From positions 11,906-75,905 of the forward strand of contig CANQQV010000008.1 in assembly GCA_947626095.1 (NCBI GenBank): a DNA stretch of 64,000 nucleotides, in the 5' to 3' direction. Source of the DNA: an uncultured Bacilli bacterium (GTDB lineage Bacteria; Bacillota_I; Bacilli_A; RF39; UBA660). Under the pieces are notes generated by a model. The model worked only from the letters and a program-made list of their open reading frames with translations, was not told where the DNA came from and made no database searches. Each line of letters starts with the position of its first letter. Within the stretch, counting starts at the first letter, position 1. The position numbers and the translations under genes are program-made. Of the stretch, positions 52,961-61,412 are shown piece after piece.

Positions 52961-54058
52961 TTACTCAGTAACTTCTTTCTTTTTGTTAACATATATTTTA
53001 AGTAAGTTATAAATAACAGACATGGTAGGAACACCAAATAGCATTCCAAAGACACCACCGACACTACCACCAATTACAACAGCTACAAAAACCCATAAAC
53101 CAGGAAGGCCAACTTTACCACCTACTACTCTTGGATAAATAAAGTTAGTTTCAATCTGTTGTAAAATAATAAAGAAAATAATGAAGATAAGGCTTTCTAG
53201 AGGGCTTACCATAAAGATTAGGAAAGCCGCAATGAAACAACCAATGAAAGCACCAAAGATTGGGATTAAAGCAGTTATACCGACTAAAACAGAAACAGTA
53301 GCAGCATATGGCAAACCAAGAATTAACATACCAGCAAAGCAAAGACTGCCTAAAACGCAAGCTTCAAAAACTTGAACTTTAATAAAATTACTAAAAGCTT
53401 GGTATGACATTTGGCCTAAGTTAATGACAAAATTATAAGTTTTAGTATTACATATTTTTTTAAGAAGCTTTTTAATTTGTCTAGTGAGACGTTCTTTATC
53501 TAGTAAGACATAGATAGCAAAGACAATACCAACAAAGAAATTGCATAATGTACTAAATAAAGAGTTAGCAAAACCCATTGAGAAATTAATTATACGATCA
53601 TAATTTTGAGAGATTAGATTAGTTATCTCCTTTCTTAATTTATTATTTTCTAAATTAAGAATTTCTAATGTTTCTTCTTTTAAACCAATTTTTTGACCTA
53701 AGGAATAAATATTTTGTTGATATTCTGGAATATTTTCGATAAATATTTGACTAGCATTTTTAATCTGAGGAATTAAAATAAAGGACATTATAGCAATAAA
53801 ACCGATAATAATACCAAAAGATAAAATAATACTAGTAACTCTTTTACCTTTATTCATTTTTTTTAATAAACCATCTTCTATCATTTTAAGTAAGACATTT
53901 ATAATAAAAGCGACTATGCTACCTATAATAAATGGCAAAAATAATTTAAAGACAAATTTAAGAATATTACCTATCCAATTGTAATTCATTAAACAGACAA
54001 ATAAAATAATAGCATAGGTAATTAATAATAGTTTATCTTTCATTTCTTTTTTTATCAT
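52961..54058 (-). CDS. AI-2E family transporter
   Basis: LIPIFGAFIG, QQIETNFIYPRVVG, GMLFGVP. Confidence 0.9.
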   Translation of the reverse strand: MIKKEMKDKLLLITYAIILFVCLMNYNWIGNILKFVFKLFLPFIIGSIVAFIINVLLKMIEDGLLKKMNKGKRVTSIILSFGIIIGFIAIMSFILIPQIKNASQIFIENIPEYQQNIYSLGQKIGLKEETLEILNLENNKLRKEITNLISQNYDRIINFSMGFANSLFSTLCNFFVGIVFAIYVLLDKERLTRQIKKLLKKICNTKTYNFVINLGQMSYQAFSNFIKVQVFEACVLGSLCFAGMLILGLPYAATVSVLVGITALIPIFGAFIGCFIAAFLIFMVSPLESLIFIIFFIILQQIETNFIYPRVVGGKVGLPGLWVFVAVVIGGSVGGVFGMLFGVPTMSVIYNLLKIYVNKKKEVTE

Positions 54059-54780
54059 AATACTTCATCCTTTTCTAAAAATAATATCTTATTAACAATT
54101 TTTTTGATAAATACATTATTTATTAATATATATAATACCATAGTTCCAATAATATTTAATAAATAATCGTCAATATCAAAGGCTCCACTATTCATTAAAA
54201 ACTGGCAAAATTCAATACCTATTATAAAAAGGCTACATATAATAAAGAATTTATACCATTTATTAATAAATTTGGTAATTCGTGGTAAGAAAAGGGCTAA
54301 CGGGGTAAAAGCAATTAAATTACCGACAATATTACGCAAAAAGTATTCTAAGCCAACATTACCATTTTGATAACCAATATATAAATTATTAATAGTTTTA
54401 AATGGCGTGGTATTAGCGGTAATTAGAAACTCATTCTTCATAGCTTGATAATCCAAAAGATCACTAAGACTATGATGAATTAAGTAATTACGACCAAAGT
54501 ATTTATCAAATAAAGTTAAATTAAGAATCATGATTAAATATAATATAAACCATATAGTTAGGTTAATTTTAGGTAATTTATGAAAAACCGGATTGTTAGT
54601 CTTCTTTAAGATTAAGCAACCTATATACATAAATAAAACAGCTAAACAAACTATTTTTATACGTTCGGCTGGAGATGAAAGATGAAAAACAGAGAATTCT
54701 AAGAATAAATAGTTAGTTATCAAGATTGTCGCAATAACATAGCAAATTATTCCTAGACAATATTTAATTTTATTGCTCAT
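54055..54780 (-). CDS. VanZ family membrane protein
   Basis: N.TPFKTI, NIVGNLIAFTPL, IEFCQF, FDIDDYLLNIIG. Confidence 0.88.
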   Translation of the reverse strand: MSNKIKYCLGIICYVIATILITNYLFLEFSVFHLSSPAERIKIVCLAVLFMYIGCLILKKTNNPVFHKLPKINLTIWFILYLIMILNLTLFDKYFGRNYLIHHSLSDLLDYQAMKNEFLITANTTPFKTINNLYIGYQNGNVGLEYFLRNIVGNLIAFTPLALFLPRITKFINKWYKFFIICSLFIIGIEFCQFLMNSGAFDIDDYLLNIIGTMVLYILINNVFIKKIVNKILFLEKDEVL

Positions 54781-54821
54781 ATTACACCTCCACTATTATC
54801 AGTATAACAAAAAATTAAGCC

Positions 54822-54856
54822 AAAAAAAAGATATAGCATCTGTCAACGCTATATCT
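54822..54856 (-). terminator. Intrinsic terminator of the putative ncRNA
   Basis: AGAUAUAGCG-UUGACAGA-UGCUAUAUCU followed by a U-run. Confidence 0.85.
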
Positions 54857-55143
54857 CTGGTGGAAAATATCACTAAAGCTATTTGACAGAATAACTTTGA
54901 TGATACTCACTGATCTAAAATCCACCATCGTACGTACAACCTGATAGTTCAGCGATTCATAGACTAGCAATTATTCTTTAGAAAAAACTTATTAAAAATA
55001 AGTTATGGATAACAAATCATTTTTCAGATTGTTATAAGTAATAAATAATTATTACCTGGATATTATTAAAAAATAATATCAATACTATAATAGATTATAG
55101 TATATAAAGAAATAATAACAATATGTCTACTTTACTATCAGGT
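54822..55143 (-). ncRNA. Putative novel structured non-coding RNA (~320 nt)
   Basis: Own promoter and terminator, no ORF in the supplied track; nested long-range stems, five internal hairpins, two loop-loop complementarities (see findings). Confidence 0.75.
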
Positions 55144-55149
55144 ACTACT

Positions 55150-55178
55150 ACTATATCAATTTTTTTGTTTTATGTCAA
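55150..55178 (-). promoter_or_regulatory. Sigma-A promoter driving the putative ncRNA
   Basis: TTGACA-N17-TATAGT with extended TG; predicted +1 near 55143. Confidence 0.8.
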
Positions 55179-55188
55179 TAGGTTTTTA

Positions 55189-55494
55189 TTAATTAATTTC
55201 ATTTTCACGTATTTCTTTAAGACGAGCTTTGACAAGAAGAACTAATTCCATTGGGGCATTGACCTTAGGTAAGACAATTAAGCTATCTTGTAATTTGGTT
55301 TTTAAACTTTTCTCATCGTTTACAAGATCGGCTTCTTTTCGGTAATCAAAATCAGTAATGGGATTATCCTTAATAAAAGATTTGATATATTCTTCAATGT
55401 CTTTTAAGATATACTCTTTTAATTCGTAATTATCCATATCTCTAATACCGTAGTAAGCTCCAACCAAATATCTATATGTATCTTTTAAATCCAT
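55189..55494 (-). CDS. Small helical hypothetical protein
   Basis: 101 aa with AAGGA RBS; lies directly upstream of the ncRNA promoter. Confidence 0.75.
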   Translation of the reverse strand: MDLKDTYRYLVGAYYGIRDMDNYELKEYILKDIEEYIKSFIKDNPITDFDYRKEADLVNDEKSLKTKLQDSLIVLPKVNAPMELVLLVKARLKEIRENEIN

Positions 55495-55565
55495 GTAATC
55501 ACATCCTTTTTTATTATAGCATAATTTTAGAAGAGAAATATGATATACTATTAATGGTGATAGAT

Positions 55566-56564
55566 ATGTTAATTAGAATATTGTTATTAGCTATTCTAAT
55601 CTTTATAAATGGAGTTTTATCAGCTAGTGAAATAGCTTATTTATCGTTAGATAAGTATGCGATAAGTCGTAAAAGAGACAGGAAAGCGAAAAAAATATTA
55701 AAGACGTTAGATGATGAAAGCAAGTTTTTATCAACCATTCAAATTGGTATAACCTTAGCTGGTTTTTTGGCAAGTGCTTTTGCATCAGAGACATTTACAG
55801 ATATATTAATTGAAGATTATGGAATTTATTTTGTAAGTGTTAACTTTACAGAAAATGTCTTAATGATAGTTATTACATTAATTTTATCTTATATTACTTT
55901 AGTGTTTGGTGAATTAGTGCCAAAGAAAATTGGGCGTTCTAATCCACTTAAAGTCGCTTACTTAACAATTGATTTAATTTCTTTGATTGCTAAATTGTTC
56001 TATCCTTTAATTATTTTATTAACCTGCTCTACCGAGTTAATATGTAAGATATTACATATTAAAGAACATGATGATTCGTTAACAGAAAAAGATATTAAAA
56101 GAATGATAATTACGGGTAGTAAAGAAGGAATCGTTGAAGAAAAAGAAAAAGAATATATTTTAAATATCTTTGAATTTAATGATAAGAAAGCTAGTAAGAT
56201 TATGACACCAAGGGGTGAAATAACTTGTTTAGATATTAATGATACTAAAGAAGAAATAATTAAAAAAATTAAAAATCATCATTATACACGTTATCCGATT
56301 TTAAAAGATAATGAGGTTGTTGGGTATATTAATATTAAAGATTTTATTTACCTACATCAAAATAAGAATTTAAAAATAAAAGATATTTTACATAATGCTT
56401 TGTTTTTTGATAAGAATGAAAAGATAGATGATATTTTTAGAATGATGCAAGAGAATCATGAAACGTTTTCAATTATTACGGATGATGATGAATTTATCGG
56501 CATTTTAACAATGGAAGATGCAATTGAAGAAATCGTTGGAAATATTGAAGATGAGTACAATTAA
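55566..56564 (+). CDS. CNNM/HlyC-CorC family protein (DUF21 + CBS), lacking C-terminal CorC domain
   Basis: NGVLSASEIA, STIQIGIT, VFGELVPKK, IMTPR, YTRYP, GILTMEDAIEEIVGNIEDE. Confidence 0.9.
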   Translation: MLIRILLLAILIFINGVLSASEIAYLSLDKYAISRKRDRKAKKILKTLDDESKFLSTIQIGITLAGFLASAFASETFTDILIEDYGIYFVSVNFTENVLMIVITLILSYITLVFGELVPKKIGRSNPLKVAYLTIDLISLIAKLFYPLIILLTCSTELICKILHIKEHDDSLTEKDIKRMIITGSKEGIVEEKEKEYILNIFEFNDKKASKIMTPRGEITCLDINDTKEEIIKKIKNHHYTRYPILKDNEVVGYINIKDFIYLHQNKNLKIKDILHNALFFDKNEKIDDIFRMMQENHETFSIITDDDEFIGILTMEDAIEEIVGNIEDEYN

Positions 56565-56572
56565 AAAAGCTG

Positions 56573-56956
56573 TTATTTATTAACAGCTCTTTTATTTTCT
56601 CTTTTTAGCCATTCCATGATTAAAGCGACAATGTAGTTTTGTTCATTAGAAGTTAGTTCACGACCTTTCGGAATATGATGCCATTTGGCTAGACAACTAC
56701 GACAACAAGTAGCAGTAGCATGCTGAGCAATAAAGACAGGATGGTTTTTCATTGGTGTTTGGGCCCCATCATTAAGAGGATTCGCTGGTGCTAACTTGTT
56801 AAGAATAAAGTCTTTAGCATGATCTTTGATGACGTTATAACCTTTATCATTTAAGTAAGCTAGTTCTTTTTTACGCAGATGAAAACTACTTCTAAACTTA
56901 GACTTACTTAATACTTCTAGTTTGTTAGCAATAATCGATGCAGCTTGATTATTCAT
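56573..56956 (-). CDS. DUF4186 family protein
   Basis: SKFRSSFHL, NDGAQTPMKNHPVFIAQHATATCCRSCL.KWH. Confidence 0.88.
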   Translation of the reverse strand: MNNQAASIIANKLEVLSKSKFRSSFHLRKKELAYLNDKGYNVIKDHAKDFILNKLAPANPLNDGAQTPMKNHPVFIAQHATATCCRSCLAKWHHIPKGRELTSNEQNYIVALIMEWLKRENKRAVNK

Positions 56957-57362
56957 CTTTACTACCTAAATCTTCTGCAAATCTAAGTAAATAACCATCT
57001 GGATCAGTGACTAAGAATTCTTTATTACCTAGTAGTTTATCATCTTCTCGATACCAGTTTTCTTCGATAGGAAATGCTATTTTATAACCACTTTTACTTA
57101 AATTATCGTATATTTCTTGGACATTTGAAACTTCTAGTTGGAAATTAATCCCACGACCAAATGGATATTCTAACTTACCTATTTGCCATTTATCATTGGG
57201 AGTTATCTCTTGAAGCATAAATTGAATCTCACCTAAAGAGATAAAAACAAATAAATCTTCTTTTCGCTCATATTCAATCTTAAAGCCGCATGTTTGATAA
57301 AACTTAAGAGAAGCTTGTAAGTCGCTTACTGATAACTCGGGAATATTTTTATTAAAATACAT
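56949..57362 (-). CDS. VOC/glyoxalase/bleomycin-resistance family protein
   Basis: PELSVSDL..SL.FY, PFGRGINFQ, EFLVTDPDGYLLRF. Confidence 0.88.
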   Translation of the reverse strand: MYFNKNIPELSVSDLQASLKFYQTCGFKIEYERKEDLFVFISLGEIQFMLQEITPNDKWQIGKLEYPFGRGINFQLEVSNVQEIYDNLSKSGYKIAFPIEENWYREDDKLLGNKEFLVTDPDGYLLRFAEDLGSKDE

Positions 57363-57364
57363 CT

Positions 57365-57727
57365 CTATAATTCTTTTTTCCAAAGACCATGTTTATTGCA
57401 GTATTCATAGATTGTCATTCCTTTTTCATAGTCAAAAACAGCTTCAGGGCTTTCGCTTGGTTTAAAGTAATATTTTATAATAGAGTCACTGTATTCAGCA
57501 GCAATAAAGTTAATGTAATGGTCTTCTTCCATTGGATGAGGTACTTCTCCTACTCTAACATATACTGTGTCATCTTCAATTTGAACATAGGGTACATGTT
57601 TTTCTTTAGCAGCATCAACAGTATTAGCTACAACTTCATCCATAGCTTCACCACAGCACATAACAGTGCAATTTTCTTCTAACATTTCAATAAGTGTTCC
57701 ACACTTGGCACATTTAAATAATTTCAT
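57365..57727 (-). CDS. Desulfoferrodoxin / superoxide reductase
   Basis: CxxC...CCGE, EKHVP, HPM..DHYI, YCNKHGLW. Confidence 0.93.
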   Translation of the reverse strand: MKLFKCAKCGTLIEMLEENCTVMCCGEAMDEVVANTVDAAKEKHVPYVQIEDDTVYVRVGEVPHPMEEDHYINFIAAEYSDSIIKYYFKPSESPEAVFDYEKGMTIYEYCNKHGLWKKEL

Positions 57728-57765
57728 TTTAATCCCTCCTCTTTTATTTTATCACAAAAAAGATT

Positions 57766-58644
57766 CTATTTTGTAGAATCTTTTTCAATTGGATTAACGT
57801 GAATTACAGTCAGGTATATTTCAGGTATTTTTTTATCTATTTCTTTTTCTAAATCATTAGCTATTTTATGGCTTTCATAGGTAGATAGATTACCATCGAC
57901 AAAGATGGAAAAACTTACTTGATATAAATAACCAACTGGGGTGGCGTTAAAATGATTTATTTTAACAATATCTTTATATTCTTTAATAATTTCTAAGACT
58001 TTATCTTTAGTATCGTTAGATATAGTTTTATCCATTAGAACATCATAACTAGCAATAAAGATTTTAAGACCAGTAAAGATAATCCATAATGATATTAAAA
58101 TACCAACGATACTGTCAACAAAGTAGATACCAGCTAATGAGAATAAAGTAGATATTAAGTTGAAAGTAGTCAAGAAGATGTCGTTACGATGATCTTTACT
58201 ATTAGCTTCAACTAGTAAATTATTATATTTTTGACTAACCTTTTTGGTATATAAAAATAATAATAACTTAGTAATAATAGTTATGATGCAGACAATGACT
58301 AACCAAATGGTAAATTCATAATTACTCTTAATGAATAAGGCAATAACAGAGTCCCAAAGAATTTTAAGCCCTAGAACAATCATGGTTATACTTATTAGCA
58401 TCGAATAGATATATTCAGCTTTACCATGACCTAAGTTATGATCTTCATCAGCAGCTTTACTAGATACTTTAGTACCAATGTATGTCATAATAGAACTTAA
58501 AATATCAGATGCACTATTAAAAGCATCAGCAAGCATAGCTTGACTAGAAGATATTAAACCAACGATTATTTTAATTATAAATAAAAAGATATTGCCAACT
58601 ATTCCTAAAATACTGGCTCTTTTAGCTTCTTTAAAACGATTCAT
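57766..58644 (-). CDS. Cation diffusion facilitator transporter
   Basis: AMLADAFNS.SD, HNLGHGKAE, DHRND, VIHVNP. Confidence 0.92.
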   Translation of the reverse strand: MNRFKEAKRASILGIVGNIFLFIIKIIVGLISSSQAMLADAFNSASDILSSIMTYIGTKVSSKAADEDHNLGHGKAEYIYSMLISITMIVLGLKILWDSVIALFIKSNYEFTIWLVIVCIITIITKLLLFLYTKKVSQKYNNLLVEANSKDHRNDIFLTTFNLISTLFSLAGIYFVDSIVGILISLWIIFTGLKIFIASYDVLMDKTISNDTKDKVLEIIKEYKDIVKINHFNATPVGYLYQVSFSIFVDGNLSTYESHKIANDLEKEIDKKIPEIYLTVIHVNPIEKDSTK

Positions 58645-58684
58645 ATTAACACCTCTTTTAAGGACTTATTAATTATATCATATA

Positions 58685-59416
58685 TTAACTTAGTGCAACA
58701 TCTAAAATCATCATAATGATAAAACCAAGGATAAAACCAAGAGTATTGATATGGTTATCTTCGGTTGATTCAGGGATAAGTTCAACGATAATAACGTAAA
58801 TCATCGCACCAGCAGCAAAAGCTAATAAATATGGTAAGATAATACTGACGATATTAGAAAATATTAAAGTAATAATAGCGCCCATAAATTCAAATAAAGC
58901 AGAGATAATCCCATAGAAGAAAGCTTTACTTTTACTCATTCCTTTATTTTTTAAAGGTAAGGATACAATTAAGCCTTCGGGAATATTTTGAATAGCAATA
59001 CCAATAGCTAAAGCATAACAAGAAGTTAGAGTTACGTTATGGTATAACATAAAGCTTGCAAAGATAATACCGACGGCACAACCTTCAGGAATATTATGTA
59101 AGGTAATGGCTAACATTGTTTTATCAAGATTCTCATTAATATTTATTTTTTGTTTATTAAGTAAAGAGTCGATAAAAAAGAAAAAGATAATACCAATAGC
59201 TAAACCAATTGTAGCTGGTAACCAAGTAGGACTTTTACTCATTTCAATAGCAGGAATTATTAAAGACCAGATAGAAGCGGCCATCATAACACCGGCAGCG
59301 AAACCCAAGATTATTATTTCTAATCTTTTGGATAATTGATTTTTAATAAAATAAACCATTGCGGCACCTAGTGTAGTACCTAGAAAAGGTATTAGTATTC
59401 CAATTAATACATTCAT
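58685..59416 (-). CDS. ZIP family metal transporter
   Basis: GFAAGVMMAAS, TLHNIPEG, QNIPEG, AAGAMIYVI..ELIPE. Confidence 0.93.
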   Translation of the reverse strand: MNVLIGILIPFLGTTLGAAMVYFIKNQLSKRLEIIILGFAAGVMMAASIWSLIIPAIEMSKSPTWLPATIGLAIGIIFFFFIDSLLNKQKININENLDKTMLAITLHNIPEGCAVGIIFASFMLYHNVTLTSCYALAIGIAIQNIPEGLIVSLPLKNKGMSKSKAFFYGIISALFEFMGAIITLIFSNIVSIILPYLLAFAAGAMIYVIIVELIPESTEDNHINTLGFILGFIIMMILDVALS

Positions 59417-59492
59417 ACTATTCTCCTTACATTATAATAGTTTATGATGTATTAAATTATTGGTAACAGCTAAAGACCAAGAAAAAAGTAGA

Positions 59493-60065
59493 TTATTCAT
59501 CTACTATATTATTATTTTCATCAAATTTAATATTAATTACTTTACGGGAAGCTAAATAATCACACATATGAACAAATTTCTGTTCAGGTGTTTTAGGAAC
59601 AGGTAATATAACATCACTATAAGGACTAGTATTAAACTTACCCATATGACTACTTATACATTCACAAAGAAAGTTAATATCATCATTATTTAACTTTAAT
59701 TCGTTACGATATTTTTTTAAAAATTCACAAGCGACTAATGGATGATCAAATAAAGTATATTGCGTCTCTTCTTCACCCTTTTTTACGCTATCATGTAATA
59801 CTAAAGCCATGATAATCAAATCTTTAGTTCTTTGTGGAAATTTATAGATACCAAATAATTCATAAGCCATTCTAACAGCTGATTTAGTATGTCTTACTAA
59901 GCCACCTTCTCCTTGGGTATAAGCTGGATGATATTTACCAGTTGAAGAAGCAGGTATTTTAAAAAAGTAATCAGGTATTTTTTCAATCATCGTAGCTAAA
60001 GACTCTCTTATTTCTTCATCAACTATATAAGATAGTTCTTTTGTAAATACATCTTTCTTATTCAT
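59493..60065 (-). CDS. HD-domain protein
   Basis: PASSTGKYHP, GGLVRHT, LHDSVK, SHMG, HMCDYLASR. Confidence 0.85.
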   Translation of the reverse strand: MNKKDVFTKELSYIVDEEIRESLATMIEKIPDYFFKIPASSTGKYHPAYTQGEGGLVRHTKSAVRMAYELFGIYKFPQRTKDLIIMALVLHDSVKKGEEETQYTLFDHPLVACEFLKKYRNELKLNNDDINFLCECISSHMGKFNTSPYSDVILPVPKTPEQKFVHMCDYLASRKVINIKFDENNNIVDE

Positions 60066-60081
60066 ATCATCACCATTTTAA

Positions 60082-60708
60082 TTATAACACATTTTCAGGA
60101 TTCTTGGGACCGTAAGTTAAAGAGATATCTTTATCTTTTATTCCCTCTTTTTTAAATTCAGTTACTAGACTACTTATTTTTTCTAAAGTTTCTTGAGTTA
60201 AATGGCATTTATCAATATCTTCAATAGGTACGATATAACCGTTTTCACCTACTTCTTGATCATAATATTTAAATTGATTAATATTTTGTAGGTAGTAATC
60301 TGTAGCAAATATTTCACTTAAATCATCAGCTAAAACAGCTAGATAAAGTTCGTTGTATAAATAATATAAGACTTCACCTAATAATATTAATAAAGTTAAA
60401 ATAATTTTGATTATGATGTGAATATCAACATTAAAAACAACAATACTTGAAATAATGCCACCAATAATAGCTAAAAAACGTTTTAAGTAGACTTTAAAAC
60501 TATCTTTAGCAATTGTATCATATGCGTAATCCATATTGTCTTCAGCTTGTTTTTCCATACGGATACGATAAAAATTCAAATTATGACGACTTAGTTTTTC
60601 TGTGGATTCATGACCATCAGCATATTTAATAGTCATTGTATCGGCAGCTGTGGTAATGTCAATAATAAAATCTTTTTCTTCTTGTTCATTTCTAGCAAAA
60701 TCTATCAT
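60082..60708 (-). CDS. Hypothetical 2-TM protein (paralog of downstream-numbered neighbour)
   Basis: Shares MID..N..E.KD.FI, IKYA, MEKQ and TM hairpin with 60713-61345. Confidence 0.75.
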   Translation of the reverse strand: MIDFARNEQEEKDFIIDITTAADTMTIKYADGHESTEKLSRHNLNFYRIRMEKQAEDNMDYAYDTIAKDSFKVYLKRFLAIIGGIISSIVVFNVDIHIIIKIILTLLILLGEVLYYLYNELYLAVLADDLSEIFATDYYLQNINQFKYYDQEVGENGYIVPIEDIDKCHLTQETLEKISSLVTEFKKEGIKDKDISLTYGPKNPENVL

Positions 60709-60712
60709 TTTA

Positions 60713-61345
60713 TCAACTCAATTTCATTCTCTTTTGTAAAACTTCCATAGTCATTTTACTCTGTTCTTCTTTGACCTCATCATTTAAACCTTTAGCTAAT
60801 TTACCAACTAACTTTGGTTCGTAGACCATTTCAATATTAGACAAGGTAAGTAAATACCAATCTTTTTCTTCACCACTTACAGGGTCAGTTATTTTGATTT
60901 TAAATTCTTCTTTGTGTTTTAAAAACTCATCGGCTGTAGCTATAACACGTAAATTATTTTCATTATTTTCAGCAAGGTCAGCTTGGCTTTTTTGGTAACA
61001 TATGGAAATAACGGCAATAATAGCTATTATAAGAATTTGAAGAAATCTTGGCATTTCTATTTGACAAGTTAGATAAAGACTAGCGACAGCAACTAAGGCT
61101 TCAATTAGTTTATTAACAGTTGTTCTTTTTATTTCTTTAAAGGACTTTTCAGCACATGAATCACGATATTCTAAATATTGTTTTTCCATTTGCGTAAGAG
61201 TTTCATTTAATTTTTCAATAGAAAATGGAACAACTTCGAGACGATCAGAAGCATATTTAATAACGTAATCATTAGAATTTTCTTTTAAAGCTACACATAA
61301 TATAAATTTATCTTTATCTTCTTCTTTATTTGTAATATCAATCAT
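60713..61345 (-). CDS. Hypothetical 2-TM protein (paralog of 60082-60708)
   Basis: GAGG RBS; same architecture as neighbour. Confidence 0.75.
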   Translation of the reverse strand: MIDITNKEEDKDKFILCVALKENSNDYVIKYASDRLEVVPFSIEKLNETLTQMEKQYLEYRDSCAEKSFKEIKRTTVNKLIEALVAVASLYLTCQIEMPRFLQILIIAIIAVISICYQKSQADLAENNENNLRVIATADEFLKHKEEFKIKITDPVSGEEKDWYLLTLSNIEMVYEPKLVGKLAKGLNDEVKEEQSKMTMEVLQKRMKLS

Positions 61346-61412
61346 ATTGTTTCCTCTTTTTCACTAAGTTACTATTCTATCTTTATAAATATAAAAAAGC
61401 AAGTATTATTAC

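Noticed and set aside
45499-54780. VanY-like and VanZ-like genes as a glycopeptide resistance cluster
   Set aside because: They are about 7.5 kb apart with no vanHAX or vanRS; both families are common housekeeping genes
54839-54890. Two TTGACA hexamers as possible -35 boxes
   Set aside because: No properly spaced -10 on either strand; better explained as complementary RNA loops
54858-54927. UCCACCA resembling the 3' end of tmRNA or tRNA-Ala, or an att-site remnant
   Set aside because: No T-arm (GGUUCGA) or acceptor-stem 5' strand; the heptamer simply pairs with UGGUGGA within the structured RNA; no integrase nearby
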